64,000 bases of DNA from Candidatus Komeilibacteria bacterium (GTDB lineage Bacteria > Patescibacteriota > Patescibacteriia > UBA1558). The position numbers and the translations under genes were made by a program. This document shows, one piece after another, positions 52,344 to 60,535 of this stretch; positions within the stretch are counted from its first letter, which is position 1, and each line of letters starts with the position of its first letter. The notes below the pieces were generated by a model. It made no database searches. It saw only the letters and a program-made list of their open reading frames with translations, and was not told the origin of the DNA. Where the stretch lies: assembly GCA_048538235.1 (NCBI GenBank), contig JBLYPX010000001.1, forward strand, positions 679,554 through 743,553. The letters run 5' to 3'.

Positions 52344-52936
52344 TAATTTTGTTGTTCTAAAATAACCATCTGCATATCTTCTTGAGGCACATCTTTCTGT
52401 TTAATAGATAGCTTATCCATTGATTCAGATTTAACTCCAATCTGCTTATTGAAATTCTCTAAAGTGTCTAGCTTATCTTTTATCTTTGGTATCTTGTAAA
52501 AAATTGGAATTACAATCTTTGGTTCAATTTGGTTAACAAGTTTTGCAGCAACCTTTGCATCTTCTCCTACTGGGACAAGTAAAACATCTACACTTTCAAA
52601 CATTTCTAATTGTTTTGCTGTTAGCTCTGCTTTACTAGAATTTCCTAAGTGCCCAACCGTAACCCCATTAACATCTAAAAAGTATAGGGTATTACCATTA
52701 TTTGAAACTCCATTAATAAATATACCCTTAACCTCATATTCGCCTGGTGAATCTATTGTAAATTTATCTCCACTAATAGAAGAGGCGGCTGCCTTTAATT
52801 TATCTGATGTTAACAATAGTATATCTGCAGCCATACGAGGAGATTTTATAGAACTCTCTTTATATGGATCAATAGCAATGGTTGTACCATTATCTTGTAT
52901 TTTTATACATGTTTGTCCGTACCAATTTATGTGCAT
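52343..52936 (-). CDS. MBL-fold protein lacking the HxHxDH metal-binding motif (probably non-catalytic)
   Basis: 197 aa. The N-terminus MHINWYGQTCIKIQDNGTTIAIDPY resembles UPF0173/MBL-fold hydrolases. The position of the HxHxDH motif reads ILLLTSDKLKA. Confidence 0.5.
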   Translation of the reverse strand: MHINWYGQTCIKIQDNGTTIAIDPYKESSIKSPRMAADILLLTSDKLKAAASSISGDKFTIDSPGEYEVKGIFINGVSNNGNTLYFLDVNGVTVGHLGNSSKAELTAKQLEMFESVDVLLVPVGEDAKVAAKLVNQIEPKIVIPIFYKIPKIKDKLDTLENFNKQIGVKSESMDKLSIKQKDVPQEDMQMVILEQQN

Positions 52937-53197
52937 AAATTTATATATTTATATTAAAAGTTAACTAAAAATAGACTCTAAAATCTAGTCGTAAATCTAC
53001 TTTATTTTAGCATAAAATAGGGGCGAAATCAAGTGCATTTCCAGCCTATTATACAAGCAAAAAGTGTAAAAAACTAGGAAAACTAGACCCTTGCCAAAAA
53101 TTAAAAAATATTGTAAGCTTATCAAGCTAAATTAATTAATAAACCCCAGAATTTGGGGGCTCAGATCACTAGATTTGGGTTAACATTTAATCATTAA

Positions 53198-54394
53198 ATG
53201 TCTAATCAACTAACAGAAAATACAAAACAAAAATCAACTGCAATGGCAGATCTTTTAGAAAAAGAAAAAGATTCTACTATTGTTCCACAAGTTGGAGAAT
53301 TAATAGAAGGTGTTGTTGTCAGTATTGGTAAAAATGAAGTTTTACTAGATATTGACGGTATTCATACTGGTGTAGTACGTGGAAAAGAAATACTAGACGA
53401 ATCAGGTGATGCTTCTAATTTAAAAATTGGAGATAAAATTGCCGCTACTGTTCTAGAACTAGATAATGAAAATGGTGAATTAGAGCTATCATTTAGATTT
53501 GCCGGTCACCAAAAAGCTTGGGAGAATCTTGAAGAGCTACAAAAAGCTGGAGATGTTGTAGAAGCTAAAATCATGGATGCTAATAAAGGTGGTCTTATGA
53601 TAAAAGTTGGCAATGTACTAGGTTTCTTACCTGTATCTCAATTAACAACTGAACATTATCCTAGAGTAGAAGGTGGAGATAAGAATAAAATATTAACTCA
53701 CTTAAAAAGTTTCGCTGGTCAAAGTTTCAGAGTTAAAATTATTGATGTAAATGAAGCTGAAGAAAAATTAATTGTTTCAGAAAAGGCTGCTTGGGAAGAA
53801 AAGCAACAAAGTGCAATTTCTAAATATAAGGTGGGAGATAAAGTTAAAGGTGTTATCACTGGTGTTGTAGACTTCGGTGCTTTTGTTGAATTCGGAGATA
53901 ATTTAGAAGGCTTAATCCATATCTCAGAACTTGCTTGGCAAAGAATAGATAATCCTAGAGATATTATTCATGTAGGAGATAAAGTAGAGGCTGCTATTAT
54001 TGCAATAGAAAACTCAAAGATTTCTTTATCTATAAAGAAACTACAAGAAGATCCATGGGAACTTGTTGCTAAGAAATATAAAGTAGGTCAGTCTGTTAAG
54101 GGTAAAGTATTAAAGGTAAATCCTTTTGGTGCTTTTATTGAACTAGATGATGACATTCATGGACTTGCTCACGTTTCAGAATTATCTGAAAAAGAAATTT
54201 CTAGCCCAACCGATGTGGTAGAAATTGGTGAAACATATAAATTTAATATCATTTCTATAGAGCCAGCTAATCATAGATTAGGATTATCTATGATTCATAA
54301 GACTGCTCCAAAAGAAGAGCCTAAGGAGGAAAAGAAAGAGGAAGTAAAAGAAGAGAAAGAAGAAACTCCAAAGGAAGAAGAAAAAACTGAATAA
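53198..54394 (+). CDS. rpsA: 30S ribosomal protein S1 (short 4-domain form) with K/E-rich C-terminal tail
   Basis: 398 aa with four S1 (OB) domains containing the typical G..V.G.V....FG.FV motifs (GDKVKGVITGVVDFGAFVEFG, GQSVKGKVLKVNPFGAFIELD). The C-terminal tail is KEEPKEEKKEEVKEEKEETPKEEEKTE. Confidence 0.85.
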   Translation: MSNQLTENTKQKSTAMADLLEKEKDSTIVPQVGELIEGVVVSIGKNEVLLDIDGIHTGVVRGKEILDESGDASNLKIGDKIAATVLELDNENGELELSFRFAGHQKAWENLEELQKAGDVVEAKIMDANKGGLMIKVGNVLGFLPVSQLTTEHYPRVEGGDKNKILTHLKSFAGQSFRVKIIDVNEAEEKLIVSEKAAWEEKQQSAISKYKVGDKVKGVITGVVDFGAFVEFGDNLEGLIHISELAWQRIDNPRDIIHVGDKVEAAIIAIENSKISLSIKKLQEDPWELVAKKYKVGQSVKGKVLKVNPFGAFIELDDDIHGLAHVSELSEKEISSPTDVVEIGETYKFNIISIEPANHRLGLSMIHKTAPKEEPKEEKKEEVKEEKEETPKEEEKTE

Positions 54395-54420
54395 AATCTT
54401 AGCATTAACATAAATAATAT

Positions 54421-56238
54421 ATGAAGAAGAATAATCTAACGAAAAACTTTTTCATCTTTTTTATTGTCTTTATTGCTATTGCTTCATTGTTTAGCCTATA
54501 CGGCTCTCAACAAGTTAAACCTGAAGAGATATCTTTGAATAAGCTTGTTACATATATTAATGATGAGCAAGTTAATAATATAGACATTAATGAAGAATTA
54601 CTTACTATTCGTTTAAAGGATGGTGGTGAAAAAATAGCCAAGAAAGAAACTGGTGAATCTTTAAGTAATACTTTGAGTAATTTAGGAGTAGACACTACTA
54701 AGTTACAACAAGTTGAATTAATGGTAGTTACAAATACGGAAAGATCTTTCTGGTTAAACACTATCTTGCCTTTCATAATTCCAATACTATTCATTGTTGT
54801 TTTCATCTGGTTCATGTTTAGACAGGTACAAGGTGCAAATAATAGAGCTATGAGTTTTGGACAGTCTGGAGCTAAAATTAGCCCTATGAATAAAAACTCT
54901 GTAACCTTTAATGATGTTGCTGGAGCAGAAGAATCTAAACAAGAATTAGCAGAGATTGTTGAGTTTTTAAAGAACCCAACCAAATTTACATCCTTAGGAG
55001 CTAAAATTCCTAAAGGTATATTACTATTGGGTTCACCGGGAACAGGTAAAACATTATTAGCAAGAGCTGTAGCTGGCGAAGCAAAGGTTCCTTTTTTTCA
55101 TATCTCTGGTTCAGAATTTGTAGAAATGTTTGTTGGTGTTGGCGCTTCACGTGTTAGAGATTTATTTAAGAAAGCAAAAAAAAGTTCTCCTTGTATTGTG
55201 TTTATAGATGAAATAGATGCGGTTGGTAGAAAACGTGGTGCTGGCCTTGGTGGATCTCATGATGAAAGAGAACAAACTTTAAACCAAATACTAGTTGAGA
55301 TGGATGGTTTTGAACAAAGTACAAATGTTATTGTTCTGGCTGCTACTAATAGACCAGATGTATTAGACAATGCTCTTTTAAGACCTGGTCGTTTTGACAG
55401 ACAAGTAATAATAGATTTGCCAGATATTAAAGAAAGAGAAGCAATCTTAAATATTCACGCTAAGAACAAACCATTCTCAGCAGATATTACTATGAAAACT
55501 ATTGCTCAAAGAACACCTGGTTTATCTGGAGCTGACTTAGAAAACATTCTTAATGAGGCTGCTATTCTAGCAGGCCGTTCTAGTCGTAAAAAGATTATCA
55601 TGGAAGATCTATTAGAAGCTTTAGAGAAAGTTACTATTGGTCCACAAAGAAAATCTCACGTATTGTCAGATAAAGAGAAAAAGATAACAGCTTATCATGA
55701 AGCTGGTCATGCATTACTAGCGCACGTTATCCCTGAAGCAGATCCAGTTCATAAGGTTTCAATCATATCTCGTGGTAGAGCAGCTGGCTATACAATGAAA
55801 TTACCAGACACAGATAAACATCTACACTCATACTCTGATCATATTGCAGACATAGTTGTGCTATTAGGTGGATATGTTGCTGAAAAAGAAATATTTGGTG
55901 AAGTAACAACTGGTGCTAGTAGTGATTTAAAAAGAGCTACTAAGCTGGCTCAGAGTTTAGTCACTCAATATGGTATGAGTAAAGATCTTGGCCCTAGAAC
56001 CTTTGGTGAAAAAGAAGAAATGGTTTTCTTAGGCAATGAAATTCATGAAAGAAGAGATTATAGTGAAGAAACAGCAACAGCCATAGATAAAGAAGTGTCT
56101 GCAATCATTAATGATGCTGCTGTTAAAGCTAAAGATCTAATCTTAAAAAACAAGAAACAATTAGAGAAAATAACTAATGAACTATTAAGAAAAGAAACTA
56201 TTGAGAAGGATGAATTCTCTGCTCTTTTCGTAGACTAG
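54421..56238 (+). CDS. ftsH: ATP-dependent zinc metalloprotease FtsH
   Basis: 605 aa with two N-terminal TM segments, AAA Walker A ([18 protein letters not shown]), SRH, and the zinc HEAGHAL motif. Confidence 0.9.
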   Translation: MKKNNLTKNFFIFFIVFIAIASLFSLYGSQQVKPEEISLNKLVTYINDEQVNNIDINEELLTIRLKDGGEKIAKKETGESLSNTLSNLGVDTTKLQQVELMVVTNTERSFWLNTILPFIIPILFIVVFIWFMFRQVQGANNRAMSFGQSGAKISPMNKNSVTFNDVAGAEESKQELAEIVEFLKNPTKFTSLGAKIPKGILLLGSPGTGKTLLARAVAGEAKVPFFHISGSEFVEMFVGVGASRVRDLFKKAKKSSPCIVFIDEIDAVGRKRGAGLGGSHDEREQTLNQILVEMDGFEQSTNVIVLAATNRPDVLDNALLRPGRFDRQVIIDLPDIKEREAILNIHAKNKPFSADITMKTIAQRTPGLSGADLENILNEAAILAGRSSRKKIIMEDLLEALEKVTIGPQRKSHVLSDKEKKITAYHEAGHALLAHVIPEADPVHKVSIISRGRAAGYTMKLPDTDKHLHSYSDHIADIVVLLGGYVAEKEIFGEVTTGASSDLKRATKLAQSLVTQYGMSKDLGPRTFGEKEEMVFLGNEIHERRDYSEETATAIDKEVSAIINDAAVKAKDLILKNKKQLEKITNELLRKETIEKDEFSALFVD

Positions 56239-56296
56239 TTATTATTGTATAATATAGCTGTTAAGTACAACTATTAACTTTAAGGAGGAAATCTCT

Positions 56297-57277
56297 ATGA
56301 CATCATTATATAGAACCATTCTTACTAAGGCTTGGGAAATAACCAAACGTTTTAAATTTTTGTGGTTATTTGGTTTCTTCGCAGCCTTTTTAGGAAATGC
56401 TGGTGAATACAAAGCTCTATTTAAACAAATAGATATTATTAAGAACAATCCAGACTCATTGTTTAATTTAAGCTATAAATTAGATTTATGGGGTTCTGTT
56501 TTTAAATCTATTGGAGAATTACCAACTATTAATTTACTAGCTTTGATTCTAACCCTACTATTCACACTGCTAGTTGCTTTAATCGTAATTTGGTTAATGG
56601 TTGTATCTCAAGCTGCTATTATTAACTCTGCTAGTAAAATAAATGAGGACAAGAAGGTATCTTTGAAAAAGAGTTTTCTAGATAGTGCGCCTTATGCATG
56701 GAAGGTATTTGTATTAAATGCTTTTGCAAAAATAGTTGTCTGTATACTATTATCATTATTCATTGGTCCATTACTAACAGTACTAATCGCTAAAGGAGCT
56801 AAGATATCTTTACTACTTACAATAATAGCTATTGTAATATTTGTACCAATCGCTATCATTATTGGCTTTGTAACAAAATATGCAATTGCTTATGTTGTTC
56901 TAAAAGGACAAAAATGTTGGGAAGCTCTTGGACACGGTTGGAGATTATTTACAAGACATTGGCTTATTAGTATTGAGATGGCACTAATTGTATTAGTTAT
57001 TAACCTAGCTTTAGCTTTCCTACTAATGATATTAAGCGTCATATTAATTTCACCATTTATACTTCTTGGTTTAAGTTCTGGATCTTCACAAATGCTTTAC
57101 TTACTAATGGGTGGTTCAATTGGTGTAATGGCTATTATTTTCTTGTTTGCAGCTGCAGTATTTGCAACTTGGCAAAATACAGCTTGGACATTACTATTTA
57201 TTAAACTGGAAAAAGGTGGAGTCTTTCCAAAGATAGTTAGATGGGTAGCTAGTAAAATTGCAAAAAAAGAAGCTTAA
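56297..57277 (+). CDS. polytopic membrane protein of unknown function
   Basis: 326 aa with about seven predicted TM segments. SD AAGGAGG lies upstream. It sits immediately upstream of the second GspE-family ATPase. Confidence 0.5.
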   Translation: MTSLYRTILTKAWEITKRFKFLWLFGFFAAFLGNAGEYKALFKQIDIIKNNPDSLFNLSYKLDLWGSVFKSIGELPTINLLALILTLLFTLLVALIVIWLMVVSQAAIINSASKINEDKKVSLKKSFLDSAPYAWKVFVLNAFAKIVVCILLSLFIGPLLTVLIAKGAKISLLLTIIAIVIFVPIAIIIGFVTKYAIAYVVLKGQKCWEALGHGWRLFTRHWLISIEMALIVLVINLALAFLLMILSVILISPFILLGLSSGSSQMLYLLMGGSIGVMAIIFLFAAAVFATWQNTAWTLLFIKLEKGGVFPKIVRWVASKIAKKEA

Positions 57278-57292
57278 AATATATATACAAAA

Positions 57293-57317
57293 AGACTAGT
57301 GTAAACTAGTTTTTTTG
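57293..57317 (+). terminator. weak rho-independent terminator
   Basis: ACTAGT-GTAA-ACTAGT (a self-complementary hexamer stem) followed by TTTTTTT. Confidence 0.4.
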
Positions 57318-57366
57318 TTTGTCTAATATTGTCTTAAACGCTAAAAAATAGTATCCTATACATACA

Positions 57367-59058
57367 ATGTCAGAAGATAAAACTACAAAACTAAATATTA
57401 CTTCTGGAGATAAATCTGAAGAGCTATCTAAAAAACTTAGCTCTATACATGATGCAGATCTTGAAAAGGAAGTAGAAAAACAAGCCATCGCTGATGGTTT
57501 TGACTATATTAATTTTAAAGGCTTTCCTATTGGTTCAGATGCACTAGCCTTAATACCCCTAGAAGAAGCTAAAGAAAATGGCGTTCTTTGTTTTTATTAC
57601 ACTGGCGAAGAAATGCGCTATGCAACCACAACTCCTAAGGATGAAAAAGTAAAAGAATACTGCAAAAAAAAGGCTGAAGAGCTGCATGCTAGTTTCAACA
57701 TATACCAGATATCTAAACTAAGTTGGGAAATAGCTATTAAGGCATATGAAAAAGTTCCTAAGCTTAGAAAAATTGAAAAAGGAGTAAGTATTACAGAAGA
57801 AGAGCTTGAAGAAATGAAAAAGCAGATTAATACTCATGAAGACTTACAAAAAAAATTAACAGAAGTAAGTACAACACAAGTTATTGGTTTAATAATAGCT
57901 TCTGCTCTTAAATTTGATACCTCAGATATACATATAGAAGCTGAGGAAAAAGATGTTAAGTTAAGACTACGTGTAGATGGCGAACTTGCTACAGTAGCTA
58001 CTATGCCAAAAGAAATGTGGCCAAAGATAATATCTCGTGTAAAACTATTATCTGACCTTAAACTTAATTTAACAACTGCCCCACAAGATGGTAGATTTAC
58101 TATTAAACTAACTGACGATAAAATAGACGTTCGTGTTTCTACCATGCCAACTGCTTTTGGTGAAAGTGTTGTTATGCGTTTATTAAAATCTTCAGCAACT
58201 TCTCTAGCTTTCTCAGATTTAGGTTTACAAGGAAAATCTAAAAAAGATTTAGAATATAATATTAAAAGACCTAATGGTATGATTATTACCACTGGTCCTA
58301 CTGGTTCTGGTAAAACAACAACTCTTTATGCAATTCTAAATGAATTAAATGATGAGGCTACAAAGATTATCACCATGGAAGATCCAATTGAATATAAGCT
58401 ACAAGGATTAAATCAAAGCCAGGTTGATCCAAGTAAGGGCTATACTTTTGCTGATGGGTTAAAGTCTATTCTAAGACAAGATCCTGATATAGTAATGGTT
58501 GGAGAAATTAGAGACTTGGAAACAGCAGAGACTGCTATTAACGCAGCTTTGACTGGTCACTTAATGATATCTACAATTCATACTAATTCAGCAGCTGGTG
58601 CTATACCAAGATTCTTAGCAATGGGCGTTAAACCATTTTTATTAGCTCCATCTATTAATGCTATCATGGGTCAAAGATTATTAAGAAGACTTTGTAAAGA
58701 ATGTAAAAAAGAATATACACCTGAACCAGAAATGATGGAAAAGGTTAAAAAGCTATTATCTGAAATATCTCCAGCTTCTGGTGATCAATTATCTGAAGAA
58801 GAATTAAATAATCTTAAATTCTATAAAGCTGATGGTTGTGATAAATGCCATGGTGGTTATAAAGGCAGAGTTGGTGTTTATGAAGTACTAACAATGAATG
58901 AAGAAATAGAGCAGATGATATTATCTGGTAAAGTTTCTGAAGCAGAGGCTCAAACTATTGCTATTAAATCTGGTATGGTTACTATGGTTCAAGATGCCTT
59001 AATTAAAGCAAAAGATGGCATTACTTCTTTAGAAGAAGTGTTTGACAAGACTGAATAA
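57367..59058 (+). CDS. second GspE/PilB-family secretion ATPase (motifs intact)
   Basis: 563 aa. Walker A is TTGPTGSGKTTT, Asp box is DPDIVMVGEIRD, His box is TGHLMISTIHTNSA, and the tetracysteine is CKECKK...CDKCHG. It has a GspE-N-like N-terminal region. Confidence 0.85.
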   Translation: MSEDKTTKLNITSGDKSEELSKKLSSIHDADLEKEVEKQAIADGFDYINFKGFPIGSDALALIPLEEAKENGVLCFYYTGEEMRYATTTPKDEKVKEYCKKKAEELHASFNIYQISKLSWEIAIKAYEKVPKLRKIEKGVSITEEELEEMKKQINTHEDLQKKLTEVSTTQVIGLIIASALKFDTSDIHIEAEEKDVKLRLRVDGELATVATMPKEMWPKIISRVKLLSDLKLNLTTAPQDGRFTIKLTDDKIDVRVSTMPTAFGESVVMRLLKSSATSLAFSDLGLQGKSKKDLEYNIKRPNGMIITTGPTGSGKTTTLYAILNELNDEATKIITMEDPIEYKLQGLNQSQVDPSKGYTFADGLKSILRQDPDIVMVGEIRDLETAETAINAALTGHLMISTIHTNSAAGAIPRFLAMGVKPFLLAPSINAIMGQRLLRRLCKECKKEYTPEPEMMEKVKKLLSEISPASGDQLSEEELNNLKFYKADGCDKCHGGYKGRVGVYEVLTMNEEIEQMILSGKVSEAEAQTIAIKSGMVTMVQDALIKAKDGITSLEEVFDKTE

Positions 59059-59079
59059 AACCAAAAAACAGCTAAAATA

Positions 59080-59107
59080 AACACCTTTTGAGAGGTGTTT
59101 TTGTTTT
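59080..59107 (+). terminator. rho-independent terminator
   Basis: AACACCT-TTTGAG-AGGTGTT followed by TTTGTTTT. Confidence 0.55.
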
Positions 59108-59111
59108 ACTA

Positions 59112-59140
59112 TTGACAAATAATAGATTAGATGTTAATCT
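59112..59140 (+). promoter_or_regulatory. sigma70-like promoter
   Basis: TTGACA, a 17-nt spacer, then TAATCT. It is followed by SD GGAGGG before the ATG at ~59170. Confidence 0.4.
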
Positions 59141-59169
59141 TAAACACTGTCAATATGGAGGGTTTTGAC

Positions 59170-59475
59170 ATGAACAAAATAGAAGTTTTGGGAGACAAGC
59201 TAGTATCTCTACAAGCAGAAGAGTATCGCCACTTGGCTGATGAGATTAAAAAGATCATCAAAGCAATTAAAGATAGTGGTAGAGAAATTCATGGTGAATT
59301 ATCCTCCCCACTATTGTTCACAAACCTTAACATTGGACTAAGCTTTATTTGGAGACGAGAAGGCATTTCTACTATCCAAACAATCGGCCCAGGTCCTGTG
59401 GGTACAGTACATTTTGTCTTCACTGACGGTGGCGAATGCTACATATTTGAAGACGAAATAAAAGAGTTAATTTGA
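59170..59475 (+). CDS. small hypothetical protein
   Basis: The supplied ORF starts at 59131, but the best SD (GGAGGG, 7-nt spacing) precedes the internal Met (MNKIEVLGDKLVSL...). No recognisable motifs. Confidence 0.4.
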   Translation: MNKIEVLGDKLVSLQAEEYRHLADEIKKIIKAIKDSGREIHGELSSPLLFTNLNIGLSFIWRREGISTIQTIGPGPVGTVHFVFTDGGECYIFEDEIKELI

Positions 59476-59506
59476 AAACACCGACGAGAACGCCGGTGTT
59501 TTTCTT
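59475..59506. terminator. bidirectional rho-independent terminator
   Basis: AACACCGACG-AGAA-CGCCGGTGTT is flanked by A/T runs on both sides. It sits between convergent genes. Confidence 0.6.
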
Positions 59507-60531
59507 TATTCTTTTTCTTTAATTTTATCTAAGACTTCTTGCATAGCATCTCTAGCCCTGACTATACTCCGTTCTTCTCTTTCACTAATCTTAACCTTTG
59601 AGTTCTCTAAATATTCTGTTAGTTCTTTTACACCGGTTGAAAAAATATTAATAATCCAAGCATTGTACTTTTCTTTACCCATTGTTTTCTCAAGAGGTTT
59701 AGTCTTATCTGTTAAATCCATCATCTTTCTAAAATCTATAGGATCGCCAGTTACATCATCCCTGCCATAATCTGAAGCTTTCTCTTGCAAGAAAAATCTT
59801 GGCACGTGACCATATTCTAATCTATCTGGTATAGTAACAACTGGTTTATGTATAATAGAACTTTTTTTACCCGGATCCTCGTTAGCAGATCTTTGAATAG
59901 CAAGATGAACAATATTAGCTGGATCAGATTCTTCCTTACCAGCTAGCCTGTCTGTATCAATAACTATAAACTCATCTATCTGGTCTAAATAATCCTCCCT
60001 TGGTCTTGATTCAACAGCATTAACCCCTTCAATCCCAAGCTCTCTTATTCCTTTTACAAAAACTTTACTATCATGATCACGAGATTCAATTCCATTATTA
60101 CCTTTATCTGGACTAACAAAATTAAATTTTTCTGTTAAATGCTTTGATGTTTCTCCTCTTTTATTAACAGTTTCCTGATGCAATGAATAGAAAATCTCCT
60201 GATTAGACATTCCTTTGTTTCTTCTATTAAACTTTACATCAGCATAATCTTGAAAGGTTCGATCTATCAAAGCTAGATAATCTGCCACTGTTATTTCTAA
60301 ATCGTTATGCTCTACACTCCAAGATACTTTAATAATATCATCTGCACGCAATGGTATTCTACTATCATTAACTAAAATAGGGTGTTCACAGTTATATTTA
60401 CCTTTAATAACCCTAAACTTTTCTCCATCTGGCAATGGTAGCTCTTTTCTAATAATTTTTTTTCTTACAACTATTTTCTTTTCTTGTTTAGGCTCTTCTA
60501 AATTATCTAATTTTAATCCTTCAAATCCCAT
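59506..60531 (-). CDS. hypothetical protein translationally coupled to valS
   Basis: 341 aa and hydrophilic, with no motif I can assign. Its start lies 2-4 nt after the valS stop. Confidence 0.5.
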   Translation of the reverse strand: MGFEGLKLDNLEEPKQEKKIVVRKKIIRKELPLPDGEKFRVIKGKYNCEHPILVNDSRIPLRADDIIKVSWSVEHNDLEITVADYLALIDRTFQDYADVKFNRRNKGMSNQEIFYSLHQETVNKRGETSKHLTEKFNFVSPDKGNNGIESRDHDSKVFVKGIRELGIEGVNAVESRPREDYLDQIDEFIVIDTDRLAGKEESDPANIVHLAIQRSANEDPGKKSSIIHKPVVTIPDRLEYGHVPRFFLQEKASDYGRDDVTGDPIDFRKMMDLTDKTKPLEKTMGKEKYNAWIINIFSTGVKELTEYLENSKVKISEREERSIVRARDAMQEVLDKIKEKE

Positions 60532-60535
60532 ATTA

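Noticed and set aside
53141-53160. Hairpin CCCCAGAATTTGGGG in the rpsA 5' region as a terminator
   Set aside because: It is not followed by a U-tract and lies between a plausible promoter and the rpsA start. It is more likely a 5'-UTR structure (possibly S1 autoregulation) than a terminator. The evidence is too weak to annotate.
56242-57488. Small minus-strand ORFs 56242..56448 and 57306..57488
   Set aside because: They overlap the start regions of well-supported plus-strand genes and their intergenic signals (SD, terminator). They have no features of their own.
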